A DNA stretch of 64,000 bases, taken from contig CAZXUC010000018.1 in NCBI GenBank assembly GCA_964643795.1, forward strand, positions 2,238 to 66,237. Direction: 5' to 3'. This document shows positions 29,007-38,983 of the stretch, piece by piece; the stretch's first letter is position 1, and each line of letters begins with the position of its first letter. Below the pieces are notes generated by a model. The model ran no database searches and had not been told where the DNA came from. It was given only the letters and a program-made list of their open reading frames with translations. Origin of the DNA: an uncultured Halobacteriales archaeon. GTDB lineage: Archaea; Thermoplasmatota; E2; JACPAO01; JAHFTW01. A program made the translations under genes and the position numbers.

Positions 29007-30605
29007 CTACTGCCGCAGCGCCCGCACGTCGTCGAGGATGGTCCGCACCGCCATCTCTTGCACGTTGCGCATCGCGGCGTCGACTTTGTAGCCGAGGATG
29101 TCCTGGCCGCGCAGCAACCCACTGAGGCGCTTGCGGTTGTAGTCCAACGCCTCCGTTGGAACCACTTGGTCAAGGATTCCGGCCGCGTCGGCGAGACCGA
29201 GGAGCAAAATCGTTGCGGCGTCCGGTGTGCCGCCGCCCGCGATGGCTCGCCGGAGGCGGTTGCGTAAGCGCTCCTGCGCGGTCGGATTCGTGACGGCGAA
29301 CGTCGAGCGGCGGAAGATGCCCATGTGCTTCCATTCGCGGGCCTCGGCGAGTCCTTTGCCGACGAGGCTTGCTTTACTGGCTCGGATGAGTCCGGGCAGT
29401 TCGCTGCCAAGGCTCTTCATCGCATCGCGGCTCGTCGTGTCCTTCATGACGCTCAACTTGTTGAGAAGCGGCGCTAGGCGGGGCGTTCCGTTGCCTTGCA
29501 CGATGAAGCGGTCGCGCTGCACCTGAAGGGCGCCGTGGTGGACGGCTTCGAGGAGAAGCGCACCAAGGAGCGCGCCGCCGACGCCGCCGGACGCCACTTT
29601 TTCGCCGCGCTCATCCCAGATTCCTTCCGCGGCGAGCAGGAGGAATGCTTCGGGGATCGGTTGCTCCGAACTGGATTTCGTCGCCTCTTCGTCGTGGACC
29701 TGAACCATCGAACCGTTGTCGCCCGAGTCGGCATCGGCGTCGGGTGAACGCCCGCGACCCTTGCGCGAGGTCCCGTCGTCATCGCGCGCGTCGGGGGCAG
29801 CATCAAGTGAGTCTAGGACGACCGGCTTGGCGCGCCGCTTCTCCAGTTCAGCGACCCAGTCGGTATTCTTGCCGGCGGCCGCGGCCTGCGTCTTCTTTGC
29901 GGGCTCGCCTTTCTTGGCCGTCTCCTTCGCGATTTCCGGCTCGAGTTTGCGGCGGTGGCCATTGGTGGGAGCGGGCTTCACTGCGACGGCCGGCTCGGAC
30001 GGCACGACTTCCGGTTCCGCTGGAGGGGAGTCTACCTCGATTGTGTTGGCGGCCTTGCCATGCAGCGCGGGTTCAGGTTTCGCGTCGACGACTGGCTTGG
30101 CCTTGGCTTGCTTGGCTGCCGCCTTCTTCGCCGCCTTTGCAGCCTTTGCCTCGGTCTTGCGCAGTTTCTTGGCGGCCTTCTCGTGCGACGCCTTCAGTTT
30201 CTTCGCCGCCTTTGCCTCCGCTGCGAGCTTCTTCTTGGCGGCCTTTGCTTCAGTCGCCTTGAGTTGCTTGGCGGCCTTGGCGTTCGTCGCCTTGTGCTTC
30301 TCGGCTGCGGCCGCGTCCACGGCCTTGTGCGCCTGCGCGGCATGGGCGTCGGTGTCCTTGTGCGCCTGCACCGGATCCGAGGATTTCGCATGGGCAGGCT
30401 TCGCCTTGGCGGCCTTGGCTTTCGCCTTCGTCGCCTTCGGGCTCGAACTCTGCTTGGCGGCTTTGGCCGGTTTGGCGGCCTTCGCGGGCTTGTGCGCTTT
30501 CGGCTCCGTTTTCGCAGCCAGGTGGGGTTTGGCCTTGGCCTTGGCGTCCTTCTTCGCGGCTTCCGCCTTCTGCTTCATCGCTGCCTTCTGGGTGCGCGTC
30601 GCCAT
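29007..30605 (-). CDS. Lys/Ala-rich (histone-H1-like) N-terminal region fused to a C-terminal GPP34/GOLPH3-like domain.
   Basis: About 200 aa of KAAK/AKAK repeats. The C-terminal segment LLLAAEGIWDERGEKVASGGVGGALLGALLLE... resembles GPP34 (PF05719). Confidence 0.75.
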   Translation of the reverse strand: MATRTQKAAMKQKAEAAKKDAKAKAKPHLAAKTEPKAHKPAKAAKPAKAAKQSSSPKATKAKAKAAKAKPAHAKSSDPVQAHKDTDAHAAQAHKAVDAAAAEKHKATNAKAAKQLKATEAKAAKKKLAAEAKAAKKLKASHEKAAKKLRKTEAKAAKAAKKAAAKQAKAKPVVDAKPEPALHGKAANTIEVDSPPAEPEVVPSEPAVAVKPAPTNGHRRKLEPEIAKETAKKGEPAKKTQAAAAGKNTDWVAELEKRRAKPVVLDSLDAAPDARDDDGTSRKGRGRSPDADADSGDNGSMVQVHDEEATKSSSEQPIPEAFLLLAAEGIWDERGEKVASGGVGGALLGALLLEAVHHGALQVQRDRFIVQGNGTPRLAPLLNKLSVMKDTTSRDAMKSLGSELPGLIRASKASLVGKGLAEAREWKHMGIFRRSTFAVTNPTAQERLRNRLRRAIAGGGTPDAATILLLGLADAAGILDQVVPTEALDYNRKRLSGLLRGQDILGYKVDAAMRNVQEMAVRTILDDVRALRQ

Positions 30606-30693
30606 GGGAGTCCCTATGGTCCCGGCGAGGCAGGGTTAGGAAGAAGAGCCCTTCGCTCGAGCGGCAATCCGCTCGACCGATTGGTCGGCCTTC

Positions 30694-30770
30694 GCCGACC
30701 GGGTGGGGGGCTCTGCCCCCCACCCTCTGCCCCCCGCCGGTGGCCCTGCGGTCCCCCGGACCCCCTTGCC
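30694..30770. repeat. G/C-rich repeat R-D, copy 2 (GCCGACCGGG...CTGCGGTCCCCCGGACCCCCTTGC).
   Basis: Shares a 25-nt block and overall architecture with 38432..38553. Confidence 0.55.
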
Positions 30771-30833
30771 AGGAGTAGGGCGGCAGCTTCAGGGAGCGCC
30801 GAACCGCAACTTCACAGTGCCACGACGGTAGAT

Positions 30834-31535
30834 TCACGCGGCCGCGAGCTTGCCAAGCAAGTCTTCCGGCCGCTCCAGCACCCAATCTGCCTCGGGCGGG
30901 ACGGGTGCGCCAGGCTTACCGTACGACGCCCACGCCGTGCGCATGCCGACCGCCTTCGCCCCGGCCATATCTTTCTCGGGCCAGTCGCCGACCATGAGGA
31001 TGGACGCCGGTGGAATGCCGAGCAGGTCGACGGCGGCGCGGAAGGGCTTCTCGTGCGGCTTGCGTTCGCCTGAATCCGTGAACGTGACGACGAACTCGAA
31101 GAAATCGACGAGCCCGGCGGCGTCGAGGCGCTGGTAGCCTTTGAGGCGGGGTGCATCCGTCACGACGCCCATGCGTATGCCGCGGCGGGAAAGTTGGATG
31201 AGCGTGCGGCGGACTCCCGCGTACGGCTCAGTGTGCAGCGTCTTCGTCTTGAGGTAGGCGTTGACGGCGGCGGCAGTGATGCGGTCAACGTGATGCTGAC
31301 TCAACCCGATCTTCTGCTGGTGGTGCTTCGTGAGGAACTGCGAAAAGACGGCGTCGCCCTCGATGTCCTGCAAGTATTCGCCGAAGAGGATGTCGCCGGC
31401 CTCGTCGGAGTTGAACGGAAACAGGGCGCCGGCTTGGATCATGGCGCGGGCGGCGGCGTCGGAGGCGGTGCGCTTCATGCGCAGAAAATCGACGAGAGTG
31501 TTGTCGAGGTCCCATAGCACTGCCTGGATGTTCAC
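30834..31535 (-). CDS. HAD-IA family hydrolase.
   Basis: Motif I VLWDLDNTL. GTG start at 31535 inside ORF 30834..32000. Upstream in-frame region looks non-coding. Confidence 0.8.
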   Translation of the reverse strand: MNIQAVLWDLDNTLVDFLRMKRTASDAAARAMIQAGALFPFNSDEAGDILFGEYLQDIEGDAVFSQFLTKHHQQKIGLSQHHVDRITAAAVNAYLKTKTLHTEPYAGVRRTLIQLSRRGIRMGVVTDAPRLKGYQRLDAAGLVDFFEFVVTFTDSGERKPHEKPFRAAVDLLGIPPASILMVGDWPEKDMAGAKAVGMRTAWASYGKPGAPVPPEADWVLERPEDLLGKLAAA

Positions 31536-32165
31536 GCGCTGCCATGATGCAGGCGGTTCAAGGCGTTGGCGACGACGTGATTCAAGGCGCTGGCGACGAA
31601 GTGGTGGCCAGCTCCGCCCCCGGCCGGCGGCAGGGGAGGCGGCGTGGTGGGCGCCTGCGTCCTTCCCGCCATGATGCAAGTGATTCCCGCAAGCAAGGCC
31701 AGCAAGTGGCGGCTTGCCAATTCGACCGCGTACTCGGCCTTGCTGACGTCGCCGTAGGAGGTCTTGGACGTGCAAGGGTCGCCCGCAACTGAACATCAGG
31801 CTGATGCAGCCGCCGAGCGCCGTGAACGCCCCCGCCCAAGCAATCACCGCTTGGCGGACCAAGATGCCGATTGCCGCCACGGCCATGAGTCCAAGCAAGA
31901 CGAAGGGCGGCGGGTAATGCTTCTGCGAGCACGTCGTCTCGGTGGGAGGGCGCGTAACGTCACCCGTACGCCGCACTCGCTCGATGCCGCCGGATCCCAA
32001 CGATCACGACGAGCCGCGGAATCCGCGGAGCCTGTCCGCGTATTCGACAGGCGCAAAAGGAAAAACTCGTTCAAGCCGCAATGTCGACGAAAATCGCCGC
32101 TTCTGCGTCGAGATTCTCCTTGGTTTCCTGTGGAAAATGGTCAAAAAGGCATTTCCCGGACAGGC

Positions 32166-32211
32166 TCCGCGGAATCTTGGGAAACCAAGTTCCCTTGATT
32201 CCGCGGCTCGG
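32166..32211. repeat. Palindromic repeat R-E, copy 2.
   Basis: CCGCGGAATCttgggaaaccaagttcccttGATTCCGCGGCTCGG, matching 12516..12577. Confidence 0.6.
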
Positions 32212-32243
32212 GCGGGCGCCGGAGGCCCGGAGAAACGAGGCCC

Positions 32244-32858
32244 TCACTTCTTCGGCGCCGCCAGCTTTCCGGTATGCCGCGCCTCGGCGATGAGGTCTTT
32301 CGCGTTCTCCACGACGTCCTTTGCGTCAAGGATGGCTTGCAGGATGACGAGCAGCAACGCGACGCCGGAGGCACCGAGCACGGCGACGGCGAGGATGCCG
32401 AGGGGGGTGCTCAGCAGGCCTCCGGGAATCTCCAGGTTCATGGCGGCGGTGCAATCTGTGCCGTCCTGCAGCGTCGCCCTTCCCGACACTTGGTACAAAC
32501 CGGAACCGTACGAAGTCCAGTTGCTTGCGTCGATGACTCCGGACTCGCTCATCGTAGGGGGATCATACGTCTCGTCGAGCAGGACTTTGCTTACCGGGCC
32601 GAAGTGCAGCGTGACGACGAGTCGCGCAATCGGTGTCGGCGACGATAGCCGGTAAGTCAAGTTTCCATCCGCCGGCAACGCAATCCTTGGCCGTTCTTCC
32701 GCCGCAAGGTCGCGGTCCTGGACGAAGATCTGGCACGGGCCGTCCACGGAAGCCGCCGCCGGGACGCTCACCGCCAGCACTGCTAGCAATGTCAGCAATG
32801 CCATGATGCATAGCCCCGCAGTGGCCCACCCAGCGGCGGGTCCCAGCCTTGCCGTCAT
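32244..32858 (-). CDS. Membrane protein with N- and C-terminal TM segments.
   Basis: ATG at 32858 (MTARLGPAAGWATAGLCIMALL...) inside ORF 32244..33083. Overlaps the upstream stop (ATGA). Confidence 0.5.
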   Translation of the reverse strand: MTARLGPAAGWATAGLCIMALLTLLAVLAVSVPAAASVDGPCQIFVQDRDLAAEERPRIALPADGNLTYRLSSPTPIARLVVTLHFGPVSKVLLDETYDPPTMSESGVIDASNWTSYGSGLYQVSGRATLQDGTDCTAAMNLEIPGGLLSTPLGILAVAVLGASGVALLLVILQAILDAKDVVENAKDLIAEARHTGKLAAPKK

Positions 32859-33277
32859 GCCGTTGCCTCCCTGGCCTGCCGCAGGACGCGGTTTGCCCAC
32901 CAGACTCCGACGCCGCGGCCAAGGGATGGCGCAACGAAGCCGAGGATGAGGCCGACGACTGCCGCGTGGAAGAAATCGTACGTCGTGAAGAAGTGCTTGC
33001 CAAGTTGTTGCAGGACGAGTTCTGCCGCGAGGTCGAAGAGGAAACCGAAGATGAGCGCCTTGACGAGGAAGACCGGACGCCACTTGAGAGGCTTCGGCAA
33101 ACCATCCGCGTCAAGTTCGATTGGCTTTCCCATCCAGTCCGACGCGCCAGGGACGGGCGACTCGGACACTGACTTCTTGTCCTCGTGGGCCGATTCGGAT
33201 TGCACGGAGCCAGCCGCGGGCGCAACGTCGTTCATAGGCGCATCTGGTTCGGTCGAATCCGGGTCCTTGGCGTCCAT
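32855..33277 (-). CDS. Small membrane protein.
   Basis: ATG at 33277 (MDAKDPDSTEP...). C-terminal TM hairpin. Confidence 0.45.
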   Translation of the reverse strand: MDAKDPDSTEPDAPMNDVAPAAGSVQSESAHEDKKSVSESPVPGASDWMGKPIELDADGLPKPLKWRPVFLVKALIFGFLFDLAAELVLQQLGKHFFTTYDFFHAAVVGLILGFVAPSLGRGVGVWWANRVLRQAREATA

Positions 33278-33333
33278 GTTATTGCCTGCAACGTACGCGC
33301 CAATGATAACCACAGCGCCGGCGTCGTCGCCGC

Positions 33334-34914
33334 TCAGAACTTTATTGCCGCACCCAATCGGGGCTCGACCGCTCGCCGTCCCAAGACGGCGCTGTAATGC
33401 TCGACGCCTTCCGTGTGGACGGGGATGATGCGCTTCGCGCCCATCGCGTCGGCCATCCAGAGCAATTCCTTCTCCGTCGCGTGCCCTGAGACGTGAGCGC
33501 CCACTTCGCGCAGCCCCCAACGGTTCAGCCACCATTGCAGGCGCGCCCGGTCGTGCACCATTTCCTCCGAGAACGGTTCCGTCTTCGAGTTGACGTAGGC
33601 TCCGCCCGGTGGGTCCAGCATTCCTGGGCCGGCCGCATATTCATGCAGTTCCGTCAGGTTCCAGATGTCAGCGAAGACGAGAAATCGGCCCGGGTCAGCC
33701 TTCACGTCGGCGCGGGTGACGGCGTTCGGATGGCTGAGGTACGGACGCTCCCAAGTTTGGTAGTCCTGCGCGACGAGGTCGGGTTGGGTGCCGCGTAGTG
33801 CATCGTTTCCGACGAGGCCCCACGATTTGCGGGGGATGTAGATGCGCACGTCGGGGTCGTCCGTGCGCGGGATCGGCGTGTCGAGTGCCTTGCTAGCTGT
33901 CGCGTCCACCATGTCGAGGAGGTAAGCCTGCTTGAGGCTCAAACACAATTTGCGACCAATCTTGCGCGCCACACGCAGGAACGTCTCGAGGCGGTCGAGG
34001 TCGCGTTGTGGGTATGCCACGAACACGTAGCCATGCTCGCCGGCCAATTGCTCGGCGATGTAGGATTCGACGCCGCCTTCAGTGTAGTCGCCGAGCGCCT
34101 TGAAGTCGTGCAGGTGCCCGTCGTGGCGCTTCTTTTCGTCGGCGACCTCCTTCGGGTTCTGCACGTTCGTGCCTTCAATGATGAGCGCGTCGACGCCGGC
34201 GCAACGCTCGACGAACCGCTCCGTCCATTGCTTGTTGCGGCCATGCATGCGCAAATCGCCGGAATACGCAATCTGGACATCGCCCTCAAGCAGGATGCCG
34301 CGAGCACCATGGATGGAGTGGTCAACGGGCATTAAATGCGCCGTGATTCCGTCCAACTCCAGCCGCGACTCGGTATGCCAAGGGCGGTGTTGCGGGGTCT
34401 CGCCCTTCTCACTGTCCCCGCTGGATGAGTACTTGACGCGAACCAGGCGGTTGTCCTGGCCCTTGCGTTTGTCCGGGCGCAGGCGGAACTGCTCGCGGAA
34501 CGTCGTGAAGTCGCTTTGATCGAACGAGCCGCCGGTCTCCTCGATGGCGCGCGCAACCGCGAACGCCGTTGGACTGGAGGCGACCGTGATGTCGGGGCGC
34601 AGGAGGGGAACCAAGCCAAGGTGGTCGATGTGGGGGTGGCTGATGAACACAGCATCGAATCGGCGCTCCTCGGCGCGGGCTCCCGATTGGCCGCGGTAAT
34701 CCTGGCGGTAAAGGCCGGGCACGTCTGGTGCCACGCCCGCGAGGAGCCAATCGGCCATTCCGTTGACCTTGCGTGGCTTGAGGAACTCCGAGAACGCCTG
34801 TCCGTATCGCTTGAATGAGATGCCGAAGTCGAGGAGGACGCGCGAGCGGCCGGAGGAGACCTCGAAGCAGTTGCCGCCAATCTCCGCCACACCACCGTGC
34901 GGGACAATCTCCAC
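33334..34914 (-). CDS. Metallo-beta-lactamase / beta-CASP family nuclease (RNase J-like).
   Basis: HPHIDH motif. 526 aa with a beta-CASP-like C-terminal region. Confidence 0.8.
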   Translation of the reverse strand: MEIVPHGGVAEIGGNCFEVSSGRSRVLLDFGISFKRYGQAFSEFLKPRKVNGMADWLLAGVAPDVPGLYRQDYRGQSGARAEERRFDAVFISHPHIDHLGLVPLLRPDITVASSPTAFAVARAIEETGGSFDQSDFTTFREQFRLRPDKRKGQDNRLVRVKYSSSGDSEKGETPQHRPWHTESRLELDGITAHLMPVDHSIHGARGILLEGDVQIAYSGDLRMHGRNKQWTERFVERCAGVDALIIEGTNVQNPKEVADEKKRHDGHLHDFKALGDYTEGGVESYIAEQLAGEHGYVFVAYPQRDLDRLETFLRVARKIGRKLCLSLKQAYLLDMVDATASKALDTPIPRTDDPDVRIYIPRKSWGLVGNDALRGTQPDLVAQDYQTWERPYLSHPNAVTRADVKADPGRFLVFADIWNLTELHEYAAGPGMLDPPGGAYVNSKTEPFSEEMVHDRARLQWWLNRWGLREVGAHVSGHATEKELLWMADAMGAKRIIPVHTEGVEHYSAVLGRRAVEPRLGAAIKF

Positions 34915-35071
34915 GAGGGGGCGACGGCCTTGGGGCTAGTAGGTTTGCCGCACGGCGCCCCGCGGGGAGTGCGAGCAGATTCCATTGAACGCGGCCCCTT
35001 CCCGGGGCCAAATCCGGCGGCACTCTTTTCTAGGTCCACGCCTCCCAAGGGACCCGTTCCTGGAAATTCGC

Positions 35072-37804
35072 ATGGTGGATGAAACAAACGAACCAGGCCC
35101 CGAACGCACCCTATTCAAGCGCACTCGGCGCGACCCGTTGCGGGGGCACCCCATCGAAGACCCTCACGGGGTCGAGGCCGCCCTCACGAAGGGCACGTTC
35201 GCTCCCCTGGAAATGCATCAACTCAACCTGCGCGCCCACCGTTTGCGCGCCATGCGGCATGAAGGCATCACGACGTTGCCGCAACTGCGCCGCAAGATTC
35301 GCATCCTGCCCCACCAAGTGAAGGCAGCCATCAAGATCCTCAACCAGATGCAGGGCCGTGGCATCCTCGCCGACGAAGTCGGTCTCGGGAAGACCATCGA
35401 GGCGGGCATCGTCATGAAGGAACTCGTCGCCCGCGGCAAGGCCAAGACCATCCTCGTCCTCACGCCCGCGTCGCTTGCTGCCCAATGGCAGGAGGAACTT
35501 TGGAACAAGTTCGGTGAGCGCTTCATCAAGCACGATGACATGGAATTCAAGGGCTTCTCCAAGCACGACCGTATCGTGGCTTCGATTGATACCGCCAAGT
35601 CAGCGCAGCATTATCCCGACATCATCGGCCGCGAATGGGACTTGTGCATCATCGACGAGGCGCATTACCTCAAGAACAAGAAGACGCAGCGTTACTCGCT
35701 TGCGGACGACATCACGGCCCGCCACGCTTTGATGCTCACGGCGACGCCCATCCAGAACAACCTCATCGAATTGTACAACCTCATCAACCTCATCAAACCG
35801 GGCCTACTGGGCACGATGCAGAATTTTGAGGAAGAGTACATCGGTGATGCGCAGGGGCGAGTCCTGCTTCACGCGACGCGGCTGCAGACGTTGCTCAAGC
35901 AGGTGCTCATCCGGAACCGTCGCTCCGAGACCGGCCTCAAATTCCCGGAACGCAAGGTCGAGACGAACCGCGTCCAAGCCTCCAAGGGCGAATACGAACT
36001 GCATCAGGCCGTATCGAACTTCATCCGCAACTACAAGCAATTCTTCGATTCGCATCTCGCGTTGATGGTGTTGGAACGTGAAGTGGCGTCTTCCGCCCCC
36101 GCCCTAGCAAAAACGCTGGGGAACATGCTGCCCAAGGTGCACGACCCTGAAGTCGCCAAGGCAATGGAGGACCTCAAGCACCTGGCCGACTCCATCAAGC
36201 GCAATGCTAAGGTCAACCTCATCGTCGACATCGCGAAGGGTACGAAGGAGAAGATGATCGTCTTCACGCAGTTCCGCGAGACGCAGGAATTGCTTGCGCG
36301 CCGCCTCAAGCTGGAGGGCATCGAGAACGTCAAGTTCCACGGCCAACTCACGCCCGGCCGCCGCCGCAAGGCGCTCGAAGAGTTTCGTGACCAGGACATC
36401 CAGGTCCTTGTCGCCACCGACTCCGGGTCCGAAGGCTTGAACTTGCAATTCTGCCACATCATGATCAATTATGATTTGCCGTGGAACCCGATGCGCGTCG
36501 AGCAACGCATCGGCCGCGTCCACCGCATCGGCCAAGAGTCGAGCAACGTCATCATCCTAAACTTGGCCGTCGCCAACACCATCGAGGACTACGTGTTGCA
36601 GGTCCTCTACGAGAAGATCAAACTATTCGAGGTCGCGATTGGTGAAATGGACCTCATCCTGAGCGACATCAACGAGGAAGGTGGCCTGGAGAAGCGCATC
36701 CTCGACATCATCCTTGAGACGAAGAACGACGAAGAGGTCCGCGACTCGCTGCAGAAGGTCGAGCGCGACGTCAAGAAGTCGAAGGAACAGGCCGAGGAGA
36801 TCAAGATGCTCGACGCATCCGTGTTCCAACAGTTCGACCTATCGACCGCGAAGGATGACGTCAAGATTGAGGACTCGGTTGACTTGGAGGCCGAAGTGCA
36901 GGATTTCGTCTCCTCGTTCCTGCGGGCAGCCTCGGGTGAAGTCGAAGTGACGGACCACATCACGACGGTCAAGCTCCCGCGCAGCTACTGGAAAAAACTC
37001 GGCGGCCTGCACACCTACACGACGGACGCGGAGACGTTCGAGGACCGCGACGGCGAAGTCGAACTCCTCAGCCTCGGCTCCAAGTTCGTGCAAGGCGTCA
37101 TGGACGTTCTGCAAGGGGAAGGTTCGGTGGGCGAAATCCGCACGGACCAAATCGATGCTCCCGTGACGCAGCTCTACTACCGCTACTTCATCGAGACGCT
37201 GCGCAGCGAAATGGAGGCCTTCGTGACGATTCACATCGCCGATGATGGCTCGCTACTCAAGGTTCAGGAAGACCTGGCCGAGGTCCCGGACGGGACGCCA
37301 GCGGCCTCGGCGCATGCCATCACGGCGGCCGAGTGGACCGAGATGCAGGAGAAGGCCCGCTTCGAAGTGGGAAACCTCCTCGTGCCTCTCTTGCAGAAGA
37401 AGCGCGAAGAGGCCGGCGAAGAGATCCGCCGCACAGAGAAACGACTCGAGCACTACTACGAGGGGCTCAAGGAGGAAATCCGCGGCGACGAGGCAAAGAT
37501 TCGCCGCAAGATGGGCGACATCCGCAACCGCCTATGGTTCACGGAGAACGGCGTCCGCGAACGCAAACTCGAGGAGCAATACCAGCAGCTCGAGGCGCAA
37601 CTGCACGATTTGACGTTCAAGAACAACCGCCGCGTCGAAGAACTCGACAAGGAATTGAAGGACCGCCTAGTACGCGAGCACGAGAAGAACGAGCCTCGCC
37701 TCATCGTCGAACTCATCGGCGCGACGCGCTTGGTCCCCGCGGCAGGGAGTGTCCGCGTGGCGGCGACGGCACGGTCACGTGAGGTCGCGGCCGTCGCCGC
37801 CTAA
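35072..37804 (+). CDS. SNF2-family DEAD/DEAH helicase with a C-terminal coiled-coil region.
   Basis: Motif I VGLGKT, motif II DEAH, helicase-C motifs. ATG at 35072 in ORF 34985..37804. Confidence 0.9.
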   Translation: MVDETNEPGPERTLFKRTRRDPLRGHPIEDPHGVEAALTKGTFAPLEMHQLNLRAHRLRAMRHEGITTLPQLRRKIRILPHQVKAAIKILNQMQGRGILADEVGLGKTIEAGIVMKELVARGKAKTILVLTPASLAAQWQEELWNKFGERFIKHDDMEFKGFSKHDRIVASIDTAKSAQHYPDIIGREWDLCIIDEAHYLKNKKTQRYSLADDITARHALMLTATPIQNNLIELYNLINLIKPGLLGTMQNFEEEYIGDAQGRVLLHATRLQTLLKQVLIRNRRSETGLKFPERKVETNRVQASKGEYELHQAVSNFIRNYKQFFDSHLALMVLEREVASSAPALAKTLGNMLPKVHDPEVAKAMEDLKHLADSIKRNAKVNLIVDIAKGTKEKMIVFTQFRETQELLARRLKLEGIENVKFHGQLTPGRRRKALEEFRDQDIQVLVATDSGSEGLNLQFCHIMINYDLPWNPMRVEQRIGRVHRIGQESSNVIILNLAVANTIEDYVLQVLYEKIKLFEVAIGEMDLILSDINEEGGLEKRILDIILETKNDEEVRDSLQKVERDVKKSKEQAEEIKMLDASVFQQFDLSTAKDDVKIEDSVDLEAEVQDFVSSFLRAASGEVEVTDHITTVKLPRSYWKKLGGLHTYTTDAETFEDRDGEVELLSLGSKFVQGVMDVLQGEGSVGEIRTDQIDAPVTQLYYRYFIETLRSEMEAFVTIHIADDGSLLKVQEDLAEVPDGTPAASAHAITAAEWTEMQEKARFEVGNLLVPLLQKKREEAGEEIRRTEKRLEHYYEGLKEEIRGDEAKIRRKMGDIRNRLWFTENGVRERKLEEQYQQLEAQLHDLTFKNNRRVEELDKELKDRLVREHEKNEPRLIVELIGATRLVPAAGSVRVAATARSREVAAVAA

Positions 37805-37824
37805 TCCTTGGTTTCGCCGGGCCC

Positions 37825-37934
37825 TAGTGTGGGAGGCCTGGGATGGCACAGATTTTCACAGAACTTGAGAGGCGGCCTTCTGCTGCGGCAAGACTAGTCT
37901 GTGGGTCTCCGTGGAATCCCAAGCCGCCCACACC
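37825..37934. repeat. MITE-like element R-A, copy 2 (short form).
   Basis: Left end tagtgtgggaggcctgggatggcacagattttcacagaac. Right end is an imperfect inverted copy (gtggaatcccaagccgcccacac). Confidence 0.6.
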
Positions 37935-37963
37935 GACGGTCGCCAGCCTGACTAGAAGCGCGT

Positions 37964-38389
37964 TCAAACGTCAACAAGCAGGACGCTGCACTTCGACTTG
38001 CGTAGGATTTTTCCCGTCCGCGACGCAAGGCCGCCCCAGCGCCCGGCCGCGCCGTGCATGACGATGAGGTCGTGACTGGCAGTCTCCTTGATGATTTCCT
38101 TCGTAACGTTGCCCTTCACCGTCTTGAACTTGATCTGCACACCGTGCTTTCGGCAACGCTTCGACGCCATGCGAAGCACTTGCAGCGTCGACGCCTCGGT
38201 GGGAAAGATTTCGTCCTCCTCGTCGTCCTCGAACTGCTTGATTAGGTCCTCGGGCGCATGCTCGAAGCCGGCTTGACGCACGACGAGGATGGTCGCTTCG
38301 AGGCCGGGCGTCTGGAGCATCTGCAACGCCTTGTCCATGCAAGCCAGGCTTCGCTCGGAGCCGTCCATCGGGAACAGGAGCCTTTTCAC
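37964..38389 (-). CDS. Universal stress protein UspA family.
   Basis: 141 aa with the Usp fold signature (LVMHGAAGRWGGLASRTGKILRKSKCSVLLV). Confidence 0.85.
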   Translation of the reverse strand: MKRLLFPMDGSERSLACMDKALQMLQTPGLEATILVVRQAGFEHAPEDLIKQFEDDEEDEIFPTEASTLQVLRMASKRCRKHGVQIKFKTVKGNVTKEIIKETASHDLIVMHGAAGRWGGLASRTGKILRKSKCSVLLVDV

Positions 38390-38431
38390 GCCAACACCAG
38401 CCGCGGCACCCTAGTGGGGGGCCTTAGTCTT

Positions 38432-38553
38432 GCCGACCGGGAGGGGCTTCGCCGCTCAACCCGAAGTGCGGGCTGCGCCCGCACGGCGAGGGGCGCTGCC
38501 CCCCGCGCCGTTCCCCGCCGCTGGGGGACCTGCGGTCCCCCAGACCCCCTTGC
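38432..38553. repeat. G/C-rich repeat R-D, copy 1, abutting the tRNA-Leu 3' end.
   Basis: CTGCGGTCCCCCAGACCCCCTTGC ends 5 nt from the tRNA. Homologous to 30694..30770. Confidence 0.55.
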
Positions 38554-38558
38554 GTCAG

Positions 38559-38642
38559 TGCAGAGGCCAGGATTCGAACCTGAGAACCACGAAGGACTGG
38601 ATCCTAAGTCCAGCGCCTTTGACCAGACTTGGCTACCTCTGC
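38559..38642 (-). tRNA. tRNA-Leu, anticodon TAG, long variable arm.
   Basis: Reverse complement folds as GCAGAGG acceptor / CTTAGGA anticodon loop (TAG) / long variable arm / GGTTCGAATCC T-arm / CCTCTGC-A. No encoded CCA. Confidence 0.85.
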
Positions 38643-38709
38643 GTGCAGGCCGCTACGCTACGAACACGATAAAGCGAACCGGAGCCACGCGCCCTGGCGC
38701 GAATTGCCC

Positions 38710-38871
38710 CTAGTGGGACTTGGCCCAGTTGTAGGAGCGTAGCTTCGCCGTCTTGCCGTAGCCGCACGACGCGCAGGTCTTCTTCTGCATGTGGTAGCTG
38801 TGGCGACCGCAGCGGCGGCAGCGCATGTGCGTGCGGCGTCCGCCGCGCTTGGAGGGGGTTCCGGTTCCCAT
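38710..38871 (-). CDS. rpl37e: 50S ribosomal protein L37e.
   Basis: [38 protein letters not shown] zinc-ribbon L37e. Start inside ORF 38710..38919. Confidence 0.9.
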   Translation of the reverse strand: MGTGTPSKRGGRRTHMRCRRCGRHSYHMQKKTCASCGYGKTAKLRSYNWAKSH

Positions 38872-38983
38872 GAGAGTCACCCAGGCGCCTTGCGGCGGCC
38901 CGTGCAGTTCGCGCGACAAGAGGGGGCTTTAATATGGTTCCGGGCGCCGTCACCGGACCGCGCGACTCTTCTGCAAACGCGCC

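Noticed and set aside
31536-32000. N-terminal extension of the HAD hydrolase (ORF 30834..32000) including a two-TM stretch.
   Set aside because: The linker between the TM stretch and the HAD motif I is Arg-rich low-complexity. A GTG start at 31535 gives a canonical HAD N-terminus. Kept only as a low-interest note.
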